From: Amoebophrya sp. A120
Taxonomy: Eukaryota; Protista; Dinoflagellata
DNA: 7,546 nucleotides
Direction: 5' to 3'
Assembly: GCA_905178155.1 (NCBI GenBank)
Contig: CAJINV010000025.1
Span: forward strand, 347,768 to 355,313
Below, in pieces: positions 1 through 7,291 of this stretch. The translations under genes were made by a program, and so were the position numbers. The stretch's first letter is position 1, and each line of letters begins with the position of its first letter. The notes under the pieces are model-generated. The model was not told where the DNA came from and did no database searches. It worked only from the letters and a program-made list of their open reading frames with translations.

Positions 1-350
1 ATTTCGGTTGAAAGCTGAGCTTTCTTCTCGCGGTGTTTGCGCTACTTCAGAAAAGTACACTGTGGCTAAAGCTAAACACAATAACGCGACAGAAGAAAAA
101 AACGTGTATAATTTTCGTTGGTTAATAAAGAGTTTATAACTCTACCACTACTTCTCAGGAAGGTGGGGTAGGCTTAATGGGGTTCTAAATTATTCAGCTT
201 CTCCACCAAAAATGTTGCCCGAATCGGATAGAACACAGACGAGTGTTCTCGCTTCAAAGAAGTTCGACTTTCAATTTCATTTGTTGAGATTATACCCACA
301 AGACTGCTCATATGAGACGACTCAGTGCGGAGACCACACATCAGGCACTC

Positions 351-977
351 ACAATGAGGTCGGTCGTGTCGGTCCTGTCGTGTTCTATCCACAGCCCCCG
401 TAAGGGGGGAGACTGTAGGAGAAGAAAGGCTCGCATTTTTAGTAAAAAGCTGGTTCTTGTCTTCGTTCGAGTCGGTGATCATATTAAAAAAGACTTATAT
501 ACCTGAGCGTACTACTTGGTTCCGCACTGAAGAACAAACACCTTGCCCGGGGAAAGGGGGCTTTTTAGGGGGCCTTACCCTTAGGGGCCCCCTTACCCCG
601 TTTGAAATGGGTGGCCGGGTGTTCGCTTTTTTTTCTTGGGCCCCTTTTCAACAGTCGAAAACCGAGCACCCACAGAGGGGCTTGCTTAGTCGGCCTGAGC
701 GGCCGGATTTGGATGGGGCTGCGATGGCCTTCACCCGAGGACACTCACCCCGGCGAACCTTCGAAACACTACACGCGGAGGAGTTGGGTACGCTATAGCG
801 CATGCGCCCCGGACGCCGCGATGGCTCGGGAGGTGGCCTCATCGTGGGCCTAGGGGGTCGGTCTACGCCGTTTGTTTTGCGTGCGGCGCTACCTAGCACG
901 TGGACATGAATTTTTCCTGCCGCCCCCCTGTTCCTGCAATGCAAATGCAAAGCGGAGCGACCAGAAAGGTGGCCGGC
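351..977. other. 627-bp, largely GC-rich segment present only in copy 1 (possible interspersed repeat, or a deletion from copy 2)
   Basis: Copy 2 reads GCACTC|GTTGTATATT at 5834/5835, whereas copy 1 has 627 bp at that junction. No TIR or target-site duplication seen. Confidence 0.6.
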
Positions 978-1636
978 GTTGTATATTATGGTCCTCCGGA
1001 CAAGGAGTTGATGATAAGTAAGTACTTATCAGAGTGCACCACTACAACTCGCGTTGGGCAGTTCCAGGCCTGAAAAACGGTTCACCCACTAGGCTACCAC
1101 TTCCAGGCAAAGAAAAATGTCGACCAACATACTACGTTCTGTGCTCCTTGTTCCTCCTAGGACAAAGATTTGATCCTGCCGTACGCAAGACAAGAACCCG
1201 CTGGCTGCGGCTGGCGCCGTAACTTGTTATGGCCTTTCGCTAATGTGTGTTGCAGTTCTTACACATTCGTTGCAATATTAAATTTGGCAACGCAAGCCTG
1301 TCCGGCAAGATGAAAAAAAAAACTTGCAAGAGCAGTGCGGAGATCAACATAAAGGAAAGGGATCTGTAAAACACACATAACAAAACGAGGATCGTCTTTA
1401 GCTCTACCTGATCCAATCGTGGCGCTCGACATCACAGACCACGACCTTCTCGTCATGAAAATGAAAAAGCTAAACAATACATAGGAAGGATCCTGCGCAA
1501 AAATGGCGAAAAGAAATCATACTTGTCGAGGTGAAGCAGTCAACTCGGAGTTGTGGTTTTTTTTATTAGACAACAGGTTTTCGATTTTGCTACTTCGGTG
1601 AAAAAAGTGAAACTGCGGACGGTTGCGAAGGAGGTT

Positions 1637-1730
1637 GAAATTTCGCAGATCGGAATAGAAATTCGCAGATCGGCTTTTGACATTCGCAGATCGAGGCTTT
1701 GAAGTTCGAGATCGAGGCTTTGCAGTTCGA
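1637..1730. repeat. Degenerate minisatellite with a ~20-22 bp period
   Basis: TTCGCAGATCG at 1642, 1662 and 1683, TTCGAGATCG at 1705 and a partial copy at 1726. Confidence 0.8.
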
Positions 1731-2106
1731 CCTTCGGTTTTTTCGATCCCGGATGTGAGTTTTTCGGTCCTACCCAAAAATGCAAAAGAGCATTGCACTT
1801 TTGCAAAAATGCAATGTTTGAATTCTGAAAATGCAATGTTTCGGTAATGCTTTTTTTGAAAAAATAATAGCTGGTTTATGAGTGAGGTTTGGGTATTTTG
1901 TCCCTTCATACTGCCGCTCTGAAATAACAATAAGTACGTTGCTTTATTCATCAAAATACTTTTTCAGGTTACTACACTCGTGCTACGTTTTTGGTGAATT
2001 TTTGCTCCATATTAGCCTTAAAAGCGCTATACTCACGGAGTTTTTGAATCGCATTACCGATCGGAGATCATCAGCTATACTTGTACCACCATCGATCGCT
2101 CTACTT

Positions 2107-2130
2107 TCCGTATAGCAGTTTTGGCCCAAG
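2107..2130 (+). other. Degenerate (relict) dinoflagellate spliced-leader-like sequence
   Basis: TCCGTATAGCAGTTTTGGCCCAAG vs DinoSL DCCGTAGCCATTTTGGCTCAAG: 19/22 identities with a 2-nt insertion. Sense strand, 110 nt before the ATG, not followed by a GT donor. Confidence 0.6.
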
Positions 2131-2240
2131 AAGTTTTTAGTGTGTTGACCACTAACCGAGTGTATGATTAAGTAAATAGATTACGCAAGAACATCCTACT
2201 TCCAGGAAATCGTGCCTGAGAGGACATCAACACTTTTCCA

Positions 2241-5200
2241 ATGGTTACGTCTCGTCGTGTATCAACTGCAAATATGTCTGGGTCTGGAAGATTCTGAGAT
2301 TTGTAATGTACGTTTAGCATGGGGGATAATGTCTGTAATGCATGCCGTAGCATCACAGACTTTTCGAGGGCTTCGCGCTGCCTATTCCGCATGACATCAA
2401 ATGCCCTAGATCTCCTGCGTCCGAAGCTGCTTGTGGCGACGGTGCAAAGGTTTTTGATGAGGTGCAGTCGGGTATGCATGACAATTGCGCTCTCCGCGTA
2501 GCCAAGGGTTGCATTCCCTTTGCATTTGCTGGTCATGCAATACAATTTTTTTTGGAATCCAAATGGAGCAGGACAAGTTCGGATTCTTCCAGACCCAGAC
2601 GAGACATTTTTGCATTTGATATCGTGGATTGCCCTGCTGGGCGATTGCCGTGCTGGTCGCGGTACTAGGGGGAGCTGTCCTTATCGCTGTTGTTGTTACG
2701 ACTGTGGTCATTGTCCTACAACGGGCAGGGCAGGCAAACGAAAACGAGGAACTACAAGTGTCATGGCCATGGGGGCAGAGGACAAGGCATAATGAAATCC
2801 CGACTGGCCGGAGGAATCATAATGAAGTCCCGACTGGCCCCCCAGCTGGACTTCGATTGTCATGGCCATGGGGGCAGAGGAGTCATAATGAAATCCCGAC
2901 TGGCCCCCCACCTGCACCACCGCCGCGGCCAGCGCCTGGCCCCCAACCTGCACCACCGCCGCGGCCAGCGCCTGGCCCCCAACCACCTGCACCACCGCCG
3001 CGGCCAATAGTACCCCCGTTATCTGCAGACTCACAGCTCGTGATCCAGCATGCGGGGCTGAACGCGTTGTGCCAGTCGCCGGACGTGTTGGAGTGCAGGC
3101 AGTGGACGAGGACGCAACAAGGAGGCACGGCTACGGCTAGTCAAGAACATCAAGGCACAGCATCAACTGCTACGACAACGAACGCCCCAAGTTCCTCCGA
3201 CTCGACTTTCTATGTGTCCGTCGACATGAAGAAGAATGTTGGCGCTTCTGCAAATAACGGCGCGGACGATGAAGATGGCTTCACCATTGAACTCGATCTT
3301 CCTGCTGGCGTGTTTTACGATGGACGTTATCCGGGTATACCCGCGTACCAGTCGGGCAAGTACATCGTGAGAAGCCGAAGATTGCGGCCCTCCTATGTCC
3401 GGCGCGACCCGGATCTGGCACAGTTCTCTCCCATTCGTTCCCAGCGCATGGGCTGGGCGGACGCAGAGCTTACGCTTCCCGGCGCGAGGACTAGTACGAC
3501 GACCGGTTCTACTGCTGGTACTACTGGTGGAGCCATCGATAATAATGCGCCACCAGCAACGACAGCGCCACGACCAATAAATACGATCCCAATTTTCCTG
3601 AAATTTGACGAGCTCGACTTTCGCAACGATGACCGCGCCAAGGGTTTTCTGCACAACGCTGAAAAAATCTCGGATGTTTGCCACAGGGTAGCGCTGGGTC
3701 TTTCCCCGTTTCCAGCATTCCCAAGCCTAGAAAAGGAGTTTGGAAATTATAGTAGTAGCGCCACGACTTCTTCACAATGGCAGCCACATGCTGCAGGCGA
3801 ACGCTTGAGGCGATTTTTCCGGATGCGGCCCGTTCCTGCTCCGACCGTCATCTCCGTAATCGGTGAGCCCGGCAAAGAGACCGGCTGTGGCTTTTTGACG
3901 ATGTTGGAAAAGGCTGATAGTGACAACGAGTCCTCGCCGTCGCCGGCGTCACCAACTACAACGCCAGCCGCACCTGCTGGACGAGCAAGCAGCCCCGTTC
4001 TGGCTCGGCGGTCGATGCCCTTGAGCGACGTGCTGCGGCGAGTCAAGAGGGCCCGAGAAAGTAGTGCAGGCGGCGCCGCAACTACATTTCTGCAGCGGCG
4101 GGGGGCAGCAGCAGCAGCACCAGCAGCGGCTCGACCACCAGCGAACACAACTACTATGACACAAGCCTCGACTGCGGCAGATTTTGACGACGCCCTGCAG
4201 GCTCTCTTTACGGACACGTCGACTACCGACTTTGTGCAGCAACTGTACACGGAGCTGGTGCGAAACTTGCGGACAATGGACCGGTCGTATCCTGAGTAAA
4301 AACATCCCCACACCAGAGTCAAGACGGGGATTTTGCAACACAAACCTAGAACTTTTGGGGGTCACGCATCACAAGTTGCAGTCCGTAGTGTAGTGCGGGT
4401 TCGTGAGGCCAGCTGCATCAGAAATCCATCTGCTCATCCTGTTTACAGCATTACATACAAATTCCACAACACGATTGGAAATGGCTCCCATGCGGATGCG
4501 CATTACAGGTCTTCCTGTCTTTGCAAATCTGCATTACAACTCTGGTGTGGGTACGTTTTTACACAGGATAGGTCGGGTTTTTTATACATCGACGTGCACG
4601 GCTTGAATATCAAATGTAAAAATGTCTGGGTCTGGAAGAATGCAACTTGTCATGCTGTTTTTCGACTCTAAAAAAAATTGTATTGCATGACCAGCAAAAT
4701 GGGTACAGTTTTTGCTACACAGACAGGCCATTTCTCATGCGGAAGGTGCATGAGGAAGCCCTCTAAAAGTCTGCGATGCTAGTTCAAGCATTACAGGCAT
4801 CATGGGTCATGAGAAATATACATGACAAATCTTGCATTCTTCCAGACCCAGACATTTTTACTTTTGATATTGAACACCTTGGTGCACTTTGAGCTTGTAG
4901 AAGTAGCAGACTCCTCGCAGGAGCCCCCGGGGGCTCCACCTGTCGCGGCTCCCGTTGTACAACTGCGGTATGAACTGTCCCTGGTAGATTACAAAACCCT
5001 GTTGTACATGCGGTCTGCGCAGAAAAATTTTGGTGGGCGGGATGACAGCACGATTGGAGTCCTCAATAACACGAGCGGACGAGACACCAGGCTGCTGCAC
5101 GAAGAACTTCTTTTCGAGGTGGCGAGGACAGCGCCAACGCATTCCACAGTAACCTCCAACCCGGCTGCACCTGATTTGCAGCCGCGGCCACAGACCTTAC

Positions 5201-5673
5201 GAACCCTTTTCGCTTTGAGGAATTTACCAACCCAATGGGGTGGCACAGGTGGCCACATCAAGGACCTGTTTTTTGCCCTGCGCCTCAGTCGCCGCGATCC
5301 GAATAATGCAGGCCGATCCTGTCAAGCCTATGGTGACGAGCTGTATCCCTGGAACCAATACGACCCGGACGCGGTCCCAACGGGCCCGATGGCGGACGAG
5401 CCGGTTACGTACGACCTGACTAGTGGTATCTTGGAGGACAAAGCTTTCGGTTCCGCAATTATGGGCGAAGCGTTCAAGGACCTCATCACCTTTGAACAGA
5501 AAGAAGAGATCGAGATAGCCGTGCTAGAGGAAGACATTGCCGCCGGCGTCTACCAGAACATTCCAGCCGACGCGTATTACGCGGCCCCGGCGGGAGGACA
5601 GCTGCCTAGGGAGGAGATGGACCGGAACCGCATACGAGAGCGGAATAGCTGCCTAAGGGAGCGAAGAGACTGA
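2241..5673 (+). CDS. Predicted 4-exon gene, join(2241-2259,2627-4296,4567-4607,4875-5673): 842-aa hypothetical protein with an N-terminal signal/anchor helix and a Pro-rich stalk
   Basis: ATG 2241 is the first ATG after the in-frame TGA at 2217. Deleting each TIR element plus one direct repeat gives continuous junctions: MVTSRR|GLPCWAIAVLVAVLGGAVLIAVVVTTVVIVLQR, ...MDRSYPE|DRSGFLYIDVHGLN|TLVHFELVEV..., ending at TGA 5671-5673. Total 2529 nt = 843 codons. No family recognised. Exact splice positions slide within the direct repeats. Confidence 0.75.
2260..2621. mobile_element. Element A: 362-bp MITE-like TIR element, putative introner (intron 1)
   Basis: Left end TATCAACTGCAAATATGTCTGGGTCTGGAAGA; right end reverse-complemented TATCAAATGCAAAAATGTCT(CGTCT)GGGTCTGGAAGA. 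Perfect 5-bp direct repeat TCGTG at 2255-2259 and 2622-2626. Confidence 0.9.
2627..4296 (+). CDS. Exon 2 (the 556-aa ORF of the track): hydrophobic helix, peptide repeats, Pro/Thr/Ala-rich linkers between non-repetitive segments
   Basis: Long GC-rich open frame that has only a TTG start on its own. It begins right after element A, and its apparent stop TAA (4297-4299) is the first 3 nt of element B's TIR. Confidence 0.85.
2759..3006 (+). repeat. Coding repeats: SWPWGQR x2, HNE(I/V)PTG x3 and a 36-bp PAPPPRPAPGPQ unit x~2.6
   Basis: TGTCATGGCCATGGGGGCAGAGG at 2759 and 2858; CATAATGAARTCCCGACTGGCC at 2788, 2818 and 2884; CCTGCACCACCGCCGCGGCCAGCGCCTGGCCCCCAA at 2911, 2947 and partially at 2986. 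Confidence 0.9.
4297..4561. mobile_element. Element B: 265-bp TIR element, putative introner (intron 2), a different TIR family
   Basis: TAAAAACATCCCCACACCAGAGT (4297-4319) matches the reverse complement of 4539-4561 (TAAAAACGTACCCACACCAGAGT) at 21/23. Flanks CTGAG/CACAG are a degenerate 5-bp repeat (3/5). Confidence 0.8.
4567..4607 (+). CDS. Exon 3, a 41-nt mini-exon (DRSGFLYIDVHGLN) between elements B and C
   Basis: It is the only sequence between the two TIR elements and is open in the same frame as exons 2 and 4. Confidence 0.65.
4608..4869. mobile_element. Element C: 262-bp MITE-like element, putative introner (intron 3); same family as A, opposite orientation
   Basis: The TIR TATCAAATGTAAAAATGTCTGGGTCTGGAAGAATGCAA matches the right end at 37/38. 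Perfect direct repeat TTGAA at 4603-4607 and 4870-4874. Internal 4670-4698 is the exact reverse complement of 2525-2553. Confidence 0.92.
4875..5673 (+). CDS. Exon 4 (C-terminal part; the track's 283-aa ORF without its element-derived N-terminus)
   Basis: Open frame to TGA 5673. The ATG at 4822 lies inside the right end of element C, so it is unlikely to be a real start. Confidence 0.8.
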
Positions 5674-6826
5674 GTAGCGAATGTGACCCACACGACCCAT
5701 TGCGCGAATGTTGCCCGAACGATAGAACACAGACGAGGTCCGCTTCAAAGAAGTTCGACTTTCATTTGTTGAGATTGTACCCACAAGAGACTGCTCATAT
5801 GAGACGACTCAGTGCGGAGACACATCAAGCACTCGTTGTATATTATGGTCCTCCGGACAAGGAGTTGATGATAAGTAAGTACTTATCAGAGTGCACTACA
5901 ACTCGCGTTGTGCTTGTGCAGTTCCAGACATGAAAAACTGTTCACCCACTAGACTACAACTTCCAGGCAAAGAAAAATCTCGACCAGCATACTACGAAAA
6001 ATGTGTTGCAGTTACTACACATGCGTTGCAAATTTGGCAACCCAAGCTTGTCCGGCAAGACAGAGAAAGAAAACTGGCAAGAGCCGCGCGGGGATCAACA
6101 TAAGGGATTAAAACCCACTAATAAAGTATACGAGGATCGTCTTATTTAGCTCTACCTGATCCTGATGCAATCGTGGCGCTCGACATTACAGACCACGACC
6201 TTCTCGCGATGAAAATGAAAGAGTCAGCAAAATCGAAAAGGAAGGATCCCGACCTGTAGTAGTTGCACACCTGAAACAATGAATTTGAATCTTCATGTGC
6301 TTCTCCATAATAGTACTCGTCTCAGGCACGAGCACGACGGGAACGGTCCTGCGCAAAATTTTTGGCGAAAGAAAATCATACTTATCGAGGTGCAGTAGTC
6401 AACTTCTCGCACCGCCAAGCCTAGCGCGGACCTTGATCCGAGTCAGAAGTAGAGAATGGAGGTGATCAGCGAACGAGTAAAAAAAGATCAGAATGGACCG
6501 CCTGGTGGCATCGTGGTTCCAGCGAGAATGCTGGTGCTAGCAGTCTACGGACGATCATCGCATAACGATCATCGCATAGCGAAAAATTCTTCCTGCTACA
6601 CACAAGAGCTTTTTGATGCTCAACATCTTCCTGCCGCTCTGAAATATAAACAATAAGTACGTTGCTTTCATCAAAATACTTTTTCAGGTTACTACACTCG
6701 TGCTACGTTTTTGGTGAATTTTTGCTCCATATTAGCCTTAAAAGCGCTATACTCACGGAGTTTTTGAATCGCATTACCGATCGGAGATCATCAGCTATAC
6801 TTGTACCACCATCGATCGCTCTACTT

Positions 6827-6850
6827 TCCGTATAGCAGTTTTGGCCCAAG
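6827..6850 (+). other. Relict spliced-leader-like sequence, copy 2
   Basis: Identical to 2107-2130. Confidence 0.6.
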
Positions 6851-6906
6851 AAGTTTTTAGTGTGTTGACCACTAACCGAGTGTATGATTAAGTAAATAGA
6901 TGACGC

Positions 6907-7213
6907 TATGGATGTGTCAGAGTTGAAATCGACAAAGTTGAAATAATTTGTCATGCATAAAATGGATGCCAGTTGGAGCCCAGTTTTCAAGTGGCGCATG
7001 ACAAATTTCGGTGGTCCCTAAATCCAGTTTGTCATGCTATTTAGGCAAAGAAGAGCGATTTTCTCATGCTACTTTAGCAGCTCGAGCTGTAACCCCAAAC
7101 AGGCTTACAATCGGCCTCACTTGCCTGCTCTGCAACGCACGTACCTCGGGTCATGCATTTTATGCATTACAGATTATTTCAACTTTGACGATTTCAAACC
7201 TGACGCTTCCATA
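6907..7213. mobile_element. Element D: 307-bp MITE-like element with 62-bp TIRs upstream of gene copy 2, absent from copy 1
   Basis: 6907-6968 matches the reverse complement of 7152-7213 at 54/62 (TATGGA...). Flanks are GACGC (6902-6906) and TACGC (7214-7218). The paralogous empty site has a single TACGC at 2182-2186. Confidence 0.92.
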
Positions 7214-7272
7214 TACGCAAGAACATCCTACTTCCAGGAAATCGCGCCTGAGAGGACATCAACACTTTTCCA

Positions 7273-7291
7273 ATGGTTACGTCTCGTCGTG
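7273..7291 (+). CDS. Exon 1 (MVTSRR) of a probable tandem paralog; the rest lies outside the window
   Basis: Identical to 2241-2259, in the same context and followed by the same element. Confidence 0.6.

Larger units (their letters stand above)
211..2514 (+). repeat. Segmental/tandem duplication, copy 1 (intergenic region + exon 1 + start of intron 1)
   Basis: Colinear blocks: 211-350~5707-5834, 978-1136~5835-5996, ~1242-1545~5999-6404, 1911-2181~6631-6901, 2182-2514~7214-7546. Confidence 0.95.

Noticed and set aside
562-600. Telomere-like TTTAGGG/TTAGGG motifs
   Set aside because: Only two non-tandem copies, so not a telomeric array.
1137-1241. ~105-bp copy-1-specific segment as another introner
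   Set aside because: No TIR, TA termini or flanking direct repeat is visible.
174-1477. Short ORFs in the intergenic region
   Set aside because: The paralogous copies differ by frameshifting indels, which indicates non-coding DNA.
1637-1730. CRISPR-like array
   Set aside because: The period is ~21 bp with no unique spacers, no cas genes are present and the context is eukaryotic.
1517-1954. 145-aa minus-strand ORF
   Set aside because: It runs through a minisatellite in a block that is absent from the paralogous copy.
2107-2130. Functional SL RNA gene
   Set aside because: The leader is degenerate and is not followed by the GT donor of an SL RNA intron.
2168-2545. 125-aa minus-strand ORF (and its copy at 7194-7511) as a transposase
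   Set aside because: It is short, has no recognisable catalytic motif and crosses the element boundary. Its recurrence is explained by the duplication.
2708-4365. Antisense and alternative-frame ORFs (e.g. 3163-3684, 3747-4343)
   Set aside because: They are shadow ORFs of a GC-rich, repetitive exon.
4333-4671. 112-aa ORF as a separate gene
   Set aside because: It is mostly element B and C sequence; only 4567-4607 is plausibly coding.
4822-5673. Independent 283-aa gene with an apparent signal peptide (MTNLAFFQTQTFLLLIL)
   Set aside because: The ATG and hydrophobic start are encoded by element C's right TIR, so the ORF is better explained as exon 4.
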